Virus record (IMG/VR): IMGVR_UViG_3300029789_000007 | DNA from: a virus | Strand: one strand, 5' to 3' | Length of the DNA stretch: 63,700 nt | Shown: positions 1 through 10,009 of the stretch, piece after piece | Layout: every line of letters begins with the position of its first letter | Position numbering within the stretch: the first letter of the stretch is position 1 | Made by a program: the position numbers and the translations under genes | The notes under the pieces: generated by a model | What the model saw: the letters and a program-made list of their open reading frames with translations, nothing else | Databases searched by the model: none | What the model was told of the DNA's origin: nothing

Positions 1-123
1 CAAGACTACATATGAGCTGATAAACAAAAAATATGAGGTTTTGCTACTTGAAGCTCAAAACAAAATAGTTGACAGCTATTTTCAGTACATAGAGAAAAAG
101 CGTGAGCCTAAAGACCGATTTTA
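1..123. repeat. Terminal overlap identical to 63578-63700 (circular closure of the contig)
   Basis: Both ends read caagactacatatgagctgataaac...cctaaagaccgatttta in the same orientation; no mismatch seen. Confidence 0.95.
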
Positions 124-1501
124 TATGCCGCGTAGGAAACAACTAATCAAAATCGGACTTGTGGACGCATTACAAGGCATGATTGATGATAAATACGACA
201 TATTGTGCGTGAGCCTAGTGCCAGGAGCTGGAAAGAGTACGATTGAGAAATTTTTTCATTCGGCAGTTGCCGGTTGGTTTCCAAAAGACTACAGCCTATT
301 TTATTCACACAGTGGTGACATTACACGAATGTACTACGATGGAGTATACGACATTGTTACTAATGATGATGATTATGCATGGCATGACATTTTCCCTAAT
401 CTATCAGTTACAAGCACGAATGCCAAAATGGAGCAATTCAATATTGGCAAATACAAACCTTTTCCGTCAGTACAATGCACTTCTGTTGGAAGCAAGAATG
501 CCGGAAAAGTCCGTGCAAGTAAATTTTTGCTAGTTGATGATATGATAGGCGGAATTGAGGAAGCTTTAAATCCCACAACACTTGATAAGTTGTGGGATAA
601 ATACGCAGTAGACGCGAGACAGCGTAAAACGCAAGATACGGACGGAAAGCCATGCAAAGAGATACATATTGCCACTCGTTGGAGCGTACATGATGTTATT
701 GGACGCATTCAAAACATGTATGTCGGAAATCCGAGAGTCAAAACAATATCGGTTCCTGATGTGGACCCGACAACAGGGGAAAGCAATTTTGATTATGAGT
801 ATGGCGGTTTTACTAAAGAATTTTTTGCCGACCAACAATTACTCATGGACGAAATCTCTTACAGATGTTTGTATAAACAGGAACCTATCGAGCGTGAGGG
901 TTTATTGTTTCCCGATGATAAAATCCGCAGATACTTCAATCTTCCACATGGCGAACCGGAAATCATCACAGCTCAATGCGATACAAAAGGAAAAGGCACA
1001 GACTATTTTGTTATGCCGATACTGCAAAAATATGGCGAGGATTATTATTGCGTTGATTGTGTGTGTGATAATACGGCAGACTATGAAATGCAGTATGAAA
1101 ATGCGTCAAACACATTAGTCAATAATCAGGTACAGGAGTGTGAGTTTGAGCGCAATGCCGGCGGTGACAGAGTGGCTATGGAAGTTAATAAGCGAGTTGA
1201 AAATAAAGGGTGGATATGCAACATCACTGATGTACCGACAGAGACAAATAAGGAAGCACGTATTTTTCAGTGCTCTAACTGGATTTTACAACATATTATT
1301 TTCAAAGACCAATCACTTTATAAGCCCAATGAGCCTTATGGAGTAATGGTATCACTGCTGAAACGATATTCAGTAACAGGCAAAAAACAGCTCGATGATG
1401 TTCCTGATGTTTTTTCAAACTTTGCCTTAAGAATGACGCAAGGCAGTAGAATAGCAAAGGTTGAAGCAGTACACAATCCGTTCAGAGGAGGGCTTTATTA
1501 A
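1..1501 (+). CDS. terL: Terminase large subunit, 3' portion (ORF starts at 63339 and crosses the circular junction)
   Basis: Walker A-like VPGAGKST and Walker B-like LLVDDMIGG; frame is continuous with 63339..63700 through the 123-bp overlap; portal and head genes follow. Confidence 0.85.
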   Translation, partial: KTTYELINKKYEVLLLEAQNKIVDSYFQYIEKKREPKDRFYMPRRKQLIKIGLVDALQGMIDDKYDILCVSLVPGAGKSTIEKFFHSAVAGWFPKDYSLFYSHSGDITRMYYDGVYDIVTNDDDYAWHDIFPNLSVTSTNAKMEQFNIGKYKPFPSVQCTSVGSKNAGKVRASKFLLVDDMIGGIEEALNPTTLDKLWDKYAVDARQRKTQDTDGKPCKEIHIATRWSVHDVIGRIQNMYVGNPRVKTISVPDVDPTTGESNFDYEYGGFTKEFFADQQLLMDEISYRCLYKQEPIEREGLLFPDDKIRRYFNLPHGEPEIITAQCDTKGKGTDYFVMPILQKYGEDYYCVDCVCDNTADYEMQYENASNTLVNNQVQECEFERNAGGDRVAMEVNKRVENKGWICNITDVPTETNKEARIFQCSNWILQHIIFKDQSLYKPNEPYGVMVSLLKRYSVTGKKQLDDVPDVFSNFALRMTQGSRIAKVEAVHNPFRGGLY

Positions 1502-2124
1502 TGACAAATACTTGTTTTATGTGCGGAGCCACTATCGAAATTAACAAAAAGCAAAAATACGTTTGTGAGGAATGCGACAGAAAAATAAAATTGTTGAAAC
1601 AACTTACAAATGTGGATAAAGCAAAGGAAAAAATAGAGAAAAAGGCAAAACGAAAAAGAATTAAAGATTTAGATTATGAACAAGAGGCTTGCGAGGTCGC
1701 ACGAAAAATAATGTCTGAGGGCTATGTTTTTAATAGTGTAAATGAAATTTGCTTTGCTATACAGCTTGAAAAGGAAAACATTAAATATTATCCGAATTAC
1801 AAAATAGGCGAATGCAAAGTAGACTTTTTTATACCGGATTTAAAGAAGATTGTTGAAGTTGATGGCGAAATATATCACACAGATGAAAATAAGGATTTTT
1901 TAAGAGAAAGAAGGATAATGAGCTGTATTGACAATGGTTATGAGATTGTGAGAATACCGGCTTCGTTTGTGCCCGATTATATTCTATTGGGATTAAAAGA
2001 GGGTTTAGACTTTATAGTTGATAAAAGAAAGTTTGATAATAGATTTAGAGACACTCGGTTCGACAAGATATATTGGGAAGAATTTATTAATTATAAGTAT
2101 GCAATGAGGAGAGCGAAATTATGA
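1501..2124 (+). CDS. Zn-ribbon plus DUF559/Vsr-like (PD-(D/E)xK) endonuclease-domain protein
   Basis: N-terminal CxxC..CxxC; C-terminal CKVDFFIPDLKKIVEVDGEIYH..RRIMSCIDNGYEIVRIP resembles the DUF559 core; TAATG overlap with terL stop. Confidence 0.5.
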   Translation: MTNTCFMCGATIEINKKQKYVCEECDRKIKLLKQLTNVDKAKEKIEKKAKRKRIKDLDYEQEACEVARKIMSEGYVFNSVNEICFAIQLEKENIKYYPNYKIGECKVDFFIPDLKKIVEVDGEIYHTDENKDFLRERRIMSCIDNGYEIVRIPASFVPDYILLGLKEGLDFIVDKRKFDNRFRDTRFDKIYWEEFINYKYAMRRAKL

Positions 2125-2555
2125 ATACAAAAACTTACTTAAATCAAATCAGCAGATTAGATAAAATGATACAAAACAAGCTGTCTGAAATATACCGGCT
2201 TAAGACAATAGCATGTAGTGTTACTGTTTCAACGGACAAAGAGGCAGTTGATGTTTCATCGGACAAAGATAAATTAGGCAGTACAGTAACTAAAATTGTG
2301 GACTTGGAAAAAGATACAGACAGACTTGTTGATGAATTTATGAGAAAAAGAAATCATATCATCGGTCAAATTGATAGTATGGAGAATACTGACTACTATC
2401 ATGTACTCTCAATGAGATATGTTAATCAAAATACTTTTGAAGAAATCGCACAGGCTACAAATTGGAGCATAAGAAAGATATTTACAATCCACGGCAGAGC
2501 CTTACAAGAGTTTGAAAGGCTTTACGGAAAAGAATATCTTGAAAATGTGCAGTAG
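2121..2555 (+). CDS. Sigma-70 region-4-like / DUF1492-like phage transcriptional regulator
   Basis: C-terminal YYHVLSMRYVNQNTFEEIAQATNWSIRKIFTIHGRALQEF is a sigma r4-type HTH; N-terminus MNTKTYLNQISRLDKMI resembles DUF1492 phage proteins. Confidence 0.45.
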   Translation: MNTKTYLNQISRLDKMIQNKLSEIYRLKTIACSVTVSTDKEAVDVSSDKDKLGSTVTKIVDLEKDTDRLVDEFMRKRNHIIGQIDSMENTDYYHVLSMRYVNQNTFEEIAQATNWSIRKIFTIHGRALQEFERLYGKEYLENVQ

Positions 2556-2666
2556 TGTGCATAGTTTTGCATATCATTGCATATATACACTTAAAAAATT
2601 GACAGTTATAATATAACTATGAAAAAATCGTAATTCGTTCATTGCGTAAAATCTCTTTTAGAAATG

Positions 2667-2694
2667 GCACTCACAGATTGTGGGTGCTATTTTT
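2667..2694 (+). terminator. Intrinsic terminator-like hairpin in the leader of the portal operon
   Basis: gcactcac/agatt/gtgggtgc (8 bp, one G-U) followed by tattttt, 17 nt before the 2712 start. Confidence 0.55.
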
Positions 2695-2711
2695 AGTGAA
2701 ACGAGGACAAC

Positions 2712-2927
2712 ATGAATAATCAGAATATTGTACCAACAGGAAAACGAAGTGTAATGTGCCCTCGTTGCGGAAAGCTATTAACGTGGGTAAATAAAAGCGA
2801 TAAGAAGCACCACAAAGTAATGTGTACGCACTGCCGTAAATGGATATGGTTTCGGGCTGGCACACAAGAATTTCAGATAAAAGAGGTTCCACAGAGAACT
2901 TCTGCAAGTGGCATGAGGTTTTATTGA
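2712..2927 (+). CDS. Small Com-like / cysteine-rich zinc-ribbon protein
   Basis: CPRCG...CTHCRK four-Cys ribbon, 71 aa, stop overlaps portal start (TGATG). Confidence 0.4.
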   Translation: MNNQNIVPTGKRSVMCPRCGKLLTWVNKSDKKHHKVMCTHCRKWIWFRAGTQEFQIKEVPQRTSASGMRFY

Positions 2928-4378
2928 TGTATAGATATGCGCATAAAAACGTAAGACCTTTTTCAGCTGTCTGCCATAATAATTACGGCAGACAAGTTAT
3001 TTTCACACGTAAAAGGCAAATCACAAAAAATAACATAATCGAAGAACTGAATAAAGCACTTGTGATTCACGAACAAAACGCTATTGAGATTGAGTATCTT
3101 GACAGATACTATCGTGGTGACCAACCGATTTTGTATCGGCAAAAGGTAAATCGTCCGGAAATCAATAACAAGATTGCCGTAAATCTTGCGTATGAGCTTG
3201 TTGAGCGCAAAACCGCAGAGATGTGTGCCGAGCCAATCCAATATGTATTGCGTGGTACCGATAACCATAAGTCGGAAGAAATCACACAGCTTAACATTAC
3301 AATGGACTCGGAAAGCAAACAGGAGTGCGATATAGACATACATCGTTGGAGAAGTATATGCGGTACCGGCTACAGATTCATCGGTAATGATGATGGACAA
3401 GGACAGTTGCTTGATGAGAGCGATTTTTATCTATCGTCTGAAAATCCAATGTATACCTTTGTAGCATACTACTCAAACGGACGTCCGGCATTCTCTTGTC
3501 AAATCGGAGAGGACGAGGACGGAGCAGATATTTATTATGTGTTCACTGATAATGAGTGGTTTGATATTCGCAACGACAAGATTTATGCAAGTGGAATAAA
3601 CGGCAACAGAGCAATTCCGGTGATTGAATATCCAAACAATGCAAGGCGATTATCTGATATCGAAATGACTATTGCAATCACAGATGCTATTAACGTGCTT
3701 ACATCAGACAGAATTAATGGAGTCGAGCAGTTTGTGTCTGCATGGGTGAAATTCGTTAATTGTGAGATTGATATAGACACATTCAGAAAAATGAGACAAG
3801 AGGGAGCATTGGTAGTTAAATCTAACAATGGTTCAGAGAATAAGGCTGATGTTGATGTAATGACGAGCGAGCTTAATCAGACAGAGGGGCAAGTGGTATT
3901 TACTGACCTTTTTGAAAGATTTTTAAGCATACAAGGCCTTGCAAATCGACAGGGCAACACAGGCGGTGACACCGGTTCTGCTGTAGAACTACGAAACGGA
4001 CATTACGATGCCGGGCTTAGAACAGCTATTAACGAGCCTATTCTTAAGAAATCGGAGAGAATGGCACTTAGGCTTATTCTTAACAGGCTGAGAATTAATA
4101 AGGGCTTTACGCTTATGCCTAGCGATGTTGAGATACACATTAATCATAATAAGCTCGACAACATGCTTATTAAGGCAGAGGTGCTTGAAATATTACTTAG
4201 GTGCGGTATCAATTACAAGAGAGCCGTCAAGACGATTGATATGTTTAGCGACCCTGAACAAGTCACTCTTGAAAGCGCTAAGCGCATGGAAATGTTATTC
4301 CCGGAGGAACAGCCGACAACAGCTACACCTAACAATAATAATGATGATAAGAACAATGGAAAGACAGCCAATGAATAA
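2927..4378 (+). CDS. Portal protein (SPP1 gp6-like)
   Basis: YLDRYYRGDQPILYRQKVNRPEINNKIAVNLAYELVERKTAEMCAEPIQY is the portal N-terminal signature; size and position after terL; start chosen at internal ATG 2927. Confidence 0.8.
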   Translation: MYRYAHKNVRPFSAVCHNNYGRQVIFTRKRQITKNNIIEELNKALVIHEQNAIEIEYLDRYYRGDQPILYRQKVNRPEINNKIAVNLAYELVERKTAEMCAEPIQYVLRGTDNHKSEEITQLNITMDSESKQECDIDIHRWRSICGTGYRFIGNDDGQGQLLDESDFYLSSENPMYTFVAYYSNGRPAFSCQIGEDEDGADIYYVFTDNEWFDIRNDKIYASGINGNRAIPVIEYPNNARRLSDIEMTIAITDAINVLTSDRINGVEQFVSAWVKFVNCEIDIDTFRKMRQEGALVVKSNNGSENKADVDVMTSELNQTEGQVVFTDLFERFLSIQGLANRQGNTGGDTGSAVELRNGHYDAGLRTAINEPILKKSERMALRLILNRLRINKGFTLMPSDVEIHINHNKLDNMLIKAEVLEILLRCGINYKRAVKTIDMFSDPEQVTLESAKRMEMLFPEEQPTTATPNNNNDDKNNGKTANE

Positions 4379-4407
4379 TTGGCTGTCAATTTATTTTGGA
4401 GCTTGAT

Positions 4408-5034
4408 ATGGCAGACGAAATCCACGCACTTAACAAAAATGAAATACAGGACATAGATTATGATACATATTTTGGTGAGATGGATTTGTCCGACAAGGAA
4501 AAGGAAGATAGAAAAAAGCTTGCTGAAAAGTTTGAAAAAATCTTTGTTATGCTATTTGCCTTGTTATCCGGCAAGGAAGAAACAGAGATAACCACTATCA
4601 CCAAAGAATTTATTGTCAGATATGAGAGCATTGCCACACAGTACTGTAAGGCAAAGAGAACACCCTCATATATTACGGATTATGCCCGGTACATTGTGAA
4701 TGAAGTGGTTGACGCTACCACACAAAATACTGACGTAGAGTATTTTACTTCACAAAAGCGGGCAAAAAATGTAGCTGCGAATGAAGCTAATGCAGTCGGC
4801 AATTACAGATTGCAAACCGAAATGGTGAAACAGGGCTACAAAACAAAAGAGTGGCGTTCAAAAGAGGATTCACATGTCAGACCTACACATGCAGATGTTG
4901 ACAGAAAGAGAATTGATATTTTTGAGCCGTTTGAAGTCGGAAATTCGCTTATGATGTTTCCGAAAGACCATTCTTTAGGGGCACAGGTAAAAGAAATAGC
5001 AGGGTGTAGATGCAGTGTTAAATATTACAAATAA
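4408..5034 (+). CDS. Head morphogenesis protein (SPP1 gp7 / Mu F-like)
   Basis: WRSKEDSHVRPTHADVDRKRIDIFEPF motif; follows portal; GGAG 6 nt upstream of ATG 4408. Confidence 0.7.
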   Translation: MADEIHALNKNEIQDIDYDTYFGEMDLSDKEKEDRKKLAEKFEKIFVMLFALLSGKEETEITTITKEFIVRYESIATQYCKAKRTPSYITDYARYIVNEVVDATTQNTDVEYFTSQKRAKNVAANEANAVGNYRLQTEMVKQGYKTKEWRSKEDSHVRPTHADVDRKRIDIFEPFEVGNSLMMFPKDHSLGAQVKEIAGCRCSVKYYK

Positions 5035-5036
5035 TG

Positions 5037-5072
5037 AGCAACTTGTAAGGAAAACTTATAGGTTGCTTTTTA
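5037..5072 (+). terminator. Intrinsic terminator
   Basis: agcaac...gttgct stem followed by ttttt. Confidence 0.5.
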
Positions 5073-5167
5073 TTATACAAAAAATTTGCAGTTGTGCGTT
5101 AAACAACAGAAAAACTCGGCTGGTGCGACCAGCGATAACAAAAGCGTGAGTTACGGAGGTAATTGAA

Positions 5168-5722
5168 ATGACAAGAAATGATGTTTTGAAGCTTTTTCCC
5201 GATGCAACGGATGAGCAGATAACAAATCTGCTTAACAAGAGCGGTGAGGAAATGGCAAGAGAGAAAGAGAAAGCCAATCAGTATAAGGCTAAAGCCGACA
5301 AAGCTGACGAGCTACAGACACAGCTTGACGAGCTACAGAATGGCAACATGACGGAGCTTGAAAAGGCAAATAAAGCCTTAGAGACAGCCAATCAACAGAT
5401 TGCCAAGCTACAGAAAGATAATGCCGTCAGAGATTTACGAGAGAGTGCAATGTCTGATTTTGGAATTACAGCCGAACAGGCAAAGACAGTAGTAAAAGAG
5501 GATGGCTCTTTTGACACGACATCACTTGGCAAGATTATTTCCGACATGAAAGCCAATGCGATAGCAGAGTATGAGAAAAACGCTCTCAACAATACTCCGA
5601 ATCCAAGCAATGGCGGTAACAATAATGAACCCGACTCAAAGCCAGCAGATGTAGCAAATGCAGAACAAATCTCATTCGGTACAGTTGCAAGTGCTGAAAG
5701 TCAAAACAGCTATGTAATTTAA
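5168..5722 (+). CDS. Scaffolding protein
   Basis: Coiled-coil, K/E/Q/A-rich 184 aa, directly upstream of capsid genes. Confidence 0.6.
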   Translation: MTRNDVLKLFPDATDEQITNLLNKSGEEMAREKEKANQYKAKADKADELQTQLDELQNGNMTELEKANKALETANQQIAKLQKDNAVRDLRESAMSDFGITAEQAKTVVKEDGSFDTTSLGKIISDMKANAIAEYEKNALNNTPNPSNGGNNNEPDSKPADVANAEQISFGTVASAESQNSYVI

Positions 5723-5738
5723 AACAGGAGGTAGAACG

Positions 5739-6089
5739 ATGGGAAAGCCAATCGTAAGAGACTTTACACAGGGTAAAGGAATTTTAAAATTTTTCCCTTA
5801 TGAGGGTGCAGCGTGCCTTGTACCACAGACTATGGTAACAAGCGCAGATGGAAACGGAAGGAAGATTGTGCCGGCCGGTACACCATTCCCAAGCAATGAC
5901 GCAGAGTGCAAGGGCTATCTGTTACACGATGTAGATGTAACGATGGGTGACGCACCTGGAACATATGTATATCAGGGAACTATTGATTGGGAGAAAGTTA
6001 AGTCGCTTTCAATCGCAGATGAAGCTAGAACTGCAACACCTAGAGTTACTTTCTATGGCGCGCCAAAGATTGTAGCAAGTCAGGGTTAA
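5739..6089 (+). CDS. Head decoration-like / small capsid-associated protein
   Basis: 116 aa between scaffold and major capsid; call is mainly positional. Confidence 0.35.
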   Translation: MGKPIVRDFTQGKGILKFFPYEGAACLVPQTMVTSADGNGRKIVPAGTPFPSNDAECKGYLLHDVDVTMGDAPGTYVYQGTIDWEKVKSLSIADEARTATPRVTFYGAPKIVASQG

Positions 6090-6105
6090 AAGGAGGTAGA
6101 AGAAC

Positions 6106-7197
6106 ATGGCATTACCATTAGCAGAAGCATTTACAGCGAGAAGCCTCGGTGTAATGTGGGATAACTACAAAAAGACATTAGGAACTGCCCCTTATCTTGG
6201 CAGACAAAAATTCGGAACACGTAAACAGGACTCACTTGACCTTAGATTTATCAAGGGTAAGAACGGACTGCCGGTATCGCTCAAAGCTTCAAACTTTGAC
6301 GCACAGGCAGAGTTAAGAGATGTTGGAGGCTTCTCTGACATTCAGAACTCAATGCCATTTTATCGTGAGGGATATATGGTAACAGAGAAAGAGGAGCAGG
6401 AGTACGACAATTACAGAACTTCTGAAAACTCTAGCCTTGCCAATAACGTATTACGTGAAATCTCTAAGAAACCAATGATGTTAATTGAGGGCGCATTAGT
6501 TGTACCGGAGAGACAGATTTGGCAGTTACTTGCACCTACAGATGGTGTACCAAAGGTAAAGGTTGTACTTGGCGATAAGAACTATGTCGTTGATTACACA
6601 GCCGACAATGGTGCAGAGCATAAGGAAAAGCACTTTAAGTCAATTACCGGCACAAGTGCATGGGATAAGCCTACCACATGTGCACCGCTTGATGACCTTA
6701 TCACAGCTCGTAGAGACTTTGCAAAGGCTACAGGCTACTCACTTACACGTTTTACCATGAATACAGAGACTTGGGAAATGGTGCTTAAGGCAGAGGACAC
6801 AAAGAAACAGGTACTCGGTATCACTGCTTACAATGGCGGTATCAGATTACAGCAAGGACAGGTTACTGAATACCTTAGAGGATATGGTATCGAGATTGAA
6901 GTATACGATAAGCTCTATGTTGACGAGTCAGGGCAGACACAGTACTTTGTACCAACAGGTATTGTATCTGCGCAGTCTGCCGGAGTATTCCTCGGCGATT
7001 ACACATTCGGTAAGACTCCAGAGGAAAGAAGCGGAAGTATCACAGACGGAAACCTCTCACTTGTTGAGACAGGTGTATCTGTATACACATATGCTACAAA
7101 TCATCCTATCAATACTCACTGTATCGTATCTATGATTGGATTACCTACATTCGAGGGTATGGATAGCGTTATGGTTCTCAAAGTTAAGGAGGATTAA
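6106..7197 (+). CDS. Major capsid protein (capsid protein E-like family)
   Basis: 363 aa, position after scaffold, strong AGGAGG RBS, N-terminus resembles gpE-type capsids. Confidence 0.7.
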   Translation: MALPLAEAFTARSLGVMWDNYKKTLGTAPYLGRQKFGTRKQDSLDLRFIKGKNGLPVSLKASNFDAQAELRDVGGFSDIQNSMPFYREGYMVTEKEEQEYDNYRTSENSSLANNVLREISKKPMMLIEGALVVPERQIWQLLAPTDGVPKVKVVLGDKNYVVDYTADNGAEHKEKHFKSITGTSAWDKPTTCAPLDDLITARRDFAKATGYSLTRFTMNTETWEMVLKAEDTKKQVLGITAYNGGIRLQQGQVTEYLRGYGIEIEVYDKLYVDESGQTQYFVPTGIVSAQSAGVFLGDYTFGKTPEERSGSITDGNLSLVETGVSVYTYATNHPINTHCIVSMIGLPTFEGMDSVMVLKVKED

Positions 7198-7202
7198 GGC
7201 TT

Positions 7203-7454
7203 ATGATAGCAACGCACTCTATAAAGCATGATGGAGTGTGGTATAAAGTCGGAGACGAGGTACCGGAAAGCAATAGCAATTCGGTGCCTTCTGATTTTAT
7301 GAACCCACCTGAAACACCATACACAAAGACAGAAATTAACAGAATGTCAACAGCCGACCTAAAGAAGCTTGCGAGCGGAAATGGTATTGAAAATGCCGCA
7401 GAAATAAATGGCAGCGACTTGAAAAAAATGTTAATTGAAAAGTTTGGATTATAA
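7203..7454 (+). CDS. Small protein with Rho-N/SAP-like C-terminal motif
   Basis: MSTADLKKLASGNGIENAAEINGSDLKKMLIEKF resembles Rho_N/SAP helix-extended-helix. Confidence 0.3.
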   Translation: MIATHSIKHDGVWYKVGDEVPESNSNSVPSDFMNPPETPYTKTEINRMSTADLKKLASGNGIENAAEINGSDLKKMLIEKFGL

Positions 7455-7464
7455 GGAGCTTGGC

Positions 7465-7842
7465 ATGGAATACACCACATTAGAACAAGTCAAAATCAGA
7501 CTCAAACAATTTCATATTGATACAGTCACGAATGATGATGATACAACATCTGATGTGGTTGTATTCGATAAAAAGGAAGATAACCCACTCATTGAACAGC
7601 TCATTAAACAGGCTACGGAAGATGTAAAAGCAAAAAGGTGTTATCCGGACACTTTTACTGATGATGATATAACTGCCGATTTAAAGCAGTTTGAGAATGT
7701 CGTTATCAATCTTGCTGTCTACGACCATTCACAAGCCGGTGAGAACTACATGAGCGCATTAAGTGAGGGCGGAGTGAGCCGTACATGGAAAGACAGAGAT
7801 AAGCTGTTTGTCGGAGTTTTCCCTTTTGTCAAAGTGCTATAA
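7465..7842 (+). CDS. Head-tail connector (gp6-like DNA packaging protein)
   Basis: N-terminal LEQVKIRLKQ... and size typical of the gp6 connector family; AAGGAG RBS before ATG 7465. Confidence 0.5.
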   Translation: MEYTTLEQVKIRLKQFHIDTVTNDDDTTSDVVVFDKKEDNPLIEQLIKQATEDVKAKRCYPDTFTDDDITADLKQFENVVINLAVYDHSQAGENYMSALSEGGVSRTWKDRDKLFVGVFPFVKVL

Positions 7843-7938
7843 GCAAAAGAAGATTGTGCGTTACCAAAATGGTAGCAGGCGGTACACATTAAGTGGTGGT
7901 GGGCGGTGTGCCAATTACCAAAGACGAAAGGCTGTAAG

Positions 7939-8310
7939 ATGAATAATTTAATCTATCAGACATACATTATTGCCTTGCCAATTGTCCTGACAGCGCTTTT
8001 GGGTTATATTGTTTGGCTTTTACAAGAGCAGAAAAAGCAAAAAGCGATAGACACAAAAGAAAGAAACGAGCGCATTGAAGAGGAAAAGAAGCTACGACAA
8101 GCAAACGGAAAAGGTACAATGTTACTTTTACGAGTACAGCTTATCGAATACCACGATAAGTACATGAAGCTTGGCGAAATTCCCTCATATGCGTATCAGA
8201 ATTTTTGCGAGATGTATGACGCATACCACGCACTCGGTGGTAATGGCATGGTAACGAAAATGAAAAATGAGATTGAGGAAATCCATTTAGGCAAAGGAGG
8301 TAAAAGCTGA
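7939..8310 (+). CDS. Membrane-anchored coiled-coil protein
   Basis: One N-terminal TM (IIALPIVLTALLGYIVWLL) then a charged helix; immediately precedes the holin-like gene. Confidence 0.4.
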   Translation: MNNLIYQTYIIALPIVLTALLGYIVWLLQEQKKQKAIDTKERNERIEEEKKLRQANGKGTMLLLRVQLIEYHDKYMKLGEIPSYAYQNFCEMYDAYHALGGNGMVTKMKNEIEEIHLGKGGKS

Positions 8311-8579
8311 TGGACTTTACACAAGTACCTACAGTAGTTGCTATTATGGTAATTACTTATTTAATCGGATATGCTTCAAAGCAGATACCACAGGTTAAAG
8401 ATAATATTATTCCTATTATCGTAGGTGTAGCCGGTGGAATACTCGGTATTGTTGGAATGTTTGTAATTCCCGGTTATCCGGCAGACAACATTCTTGATGC
8501 AATAGCAGTTGGCATTGTGTCAGGCATGGCAAGTACCGGTGTTAATCAGATTTACAAACAGATAAAGAAAAATGCTTGA
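8310..8579 (+). CDS. Holin-like protein (Hol44-type, three predicted TM segments)
   Basis: 89 aa, VVAIMVITYLIGY / IIPIIVGVAGGILGIVGMFVI / AIAVGIVSGMASTG hydrophobic segments, basic C-terminus KQIKKNA. Confidence 0.5.
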   Translation: MDFTQVPTVVAIMVITYLIGYASKQIPQVKDNIIPIIVGVAGGILGIVGMFVIPGYPADNILDAIAVGIVSGMASTGVNQIYKQIKKNA

Positions 8580-8997
8580 CATTAATAAACAGGCCATGAA
8601 ATACGCGCTTCAAGGGCAAACTGTCACAGTCTATGAAAAAGACGAGGACGGAAATCTAAAGTTTTACGAAACAGAGGACGGAGAGAAAATATATTACACC
8701 CATGAAGAAACAGGCTTTTCGGAGCCGATTGATTTTCGAGCGAATATATCTTTTGACGGAGGAGAAGCGCAGAACAAGGAATATGGCTTTAATACGGCTG
8801 ATTTTGATGCTGTTTTGCTGACAGACAGAGGAGAATACCCTTTTAAAAAAGGTGACGTTATTTGGCTCGATAGCGAGCCTGCAAAAGGCGAAAACGGATT
8901 AGTTGATTCAACTTCCGCAGACTTTACAATAGTGGGAGTAAAACCCTCTCTCTACTCAGTTAAATACATGCTCAAAGCAGTTGTGAAAGAAGTGTAA
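8572..8997 (+). CDS. Head-tail joining protein (putative)
   Basis: Position between connector and tail genes; no motif recognised. Confidence 0.35.
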   Translation: MLDINKQAMKYALQGQTVTVYEKDEDGNLKFYETEDGEKIYYTHEETGFSEPIDFRANISFDGGEAQNKEYGFNTADFDAVLLTDRGEYPFKKGDVIWLDSEPAKGENGLVDSTSADFTIVGVKPSLYSVKYMLKAVVKEV

Positions 8998-8999
8998 TT

Positions 9000-9533
9000 A
9001 TGAAGATTGACGTTTCTCTGACAGAAAAATCTATACAAGATGCGATAGACAAGCTTGAAAGATACAAAGACCGCTTACAAGACAAGTGCATAGCGTTTGT
9101 CGGAGAGCTTGCTAGTAATGGTATAGCTGTAGCGCAAGCAAATACAGGCAATTTCGGACACTATATTACATTTAGTTACGAAATTAAAGACACAACAGAC
9201 GGCTGTACAGCTATTATTCTTGCGACAGAAACAGGGCAGATACAAAGCACATGGCAGACGGCAGATGGACTTAAAACAGTTGATGTATCGCCTTTGCTTA
9301 TGGCTGAATACGGCTCAGGCTGGAAAGCTAAACCACATTTCAATGACGCAAGGGGCGGTCAGGGCACTTTCCCGGGACAGACACACGCATTCGATAGTGA
9401 GGGTTGGTATTGGAGAGACGAAAGCGGAGAATTACACCATTCATACGGCATTACACCTACAATGCCGATGTATCACGCATTTGTAGAAATGGAAAATGAC
9501 ATTATGAGAACGGCACGGAAAAATTTTAGTTGA
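9000..9533 (+). CDS. Head-tail joining protein (HK97 gp10-like, putative)
   Basis: Position and size only. Confidence 0.3.
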   Translation: MKIDVSLTEKSIQDAIDKLERYKDRLQDKCIAFVGELASNGIAVAQANTGNFGHYITFSYEIKDTTDGCTAIILATETGQIQSTWQTADGLKTVDVSPLLMAEYGSGWKAKPHFNDARGGQGTFPGQTHAFDSEGWYWRDESGELHHSYGITPTMPMYHAFVEMENDIMRTARKNFS

Positions 9534-9544
9534 GGTGAGATAAA

Positions 9545-9961
9545 GTGGCAAGTCAAAATCAATGGGTATACGACCTTGAAAATCTCACATATGCGATTGT
9601 GAAAACCCGATGTGAGAAAAAATTGAAAACTAAATATCCCAAGCTAAAATTCACGCAAGAGGAACAGTCGGACAGTGCAACGGCTAGTTTCCCGACAGTG
9701 CTAGTTCAAGCACTCGAACCTATAGAACAGAATGAGGATTTAGAGTGTGAAAGAATAAATACAGTGTTATTTACGGCACAAGTAATTGTTACAACGAATA
9801 AAAGCCGTTCAGAAGCCTTGAATGTGGCGCAGGCAGTAGCTAATGAATACAAAGCTATGTCATTTAAGCTGACAACAGCCCCATTCGCTAGGAAAAACGG
9901 CAAAATATGGACAGCAACATTACGTGCTAGGCGGTCATTCGACTGGAATGATAGATTATAA
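9545..9961 (+). CDS. Tail completion / tail terminator-like protein (putative)
   Basis: GTG start after GAGGTGAG; last gene before the major tail gene. Confidence 0.3.
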   Translation: MASQNQWVYDLENLTYAIVKTRCEKKLKTKYPKLKFTQEEQSDSATASFPTVLVQALEPIEQNEDLECERINTVLFTAQVIVTTNKSRSEALNVAQAVANEYKAMSFKLTTAPFARKNGKIWTATLRARRSFDWNDRL

Positions 9962-9987
9962 GAGCCTTTTGGCTCTTATTTTTTTAT
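9961..9987 (+). terminator. Intrinsic terminator
   Basis: agagcc/tttt/ggctct then tattttttt. Confidence 0.6.
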
Positions 9988-10009
9988 GAAAAATTAGGAG
10001 GTAATAAAA

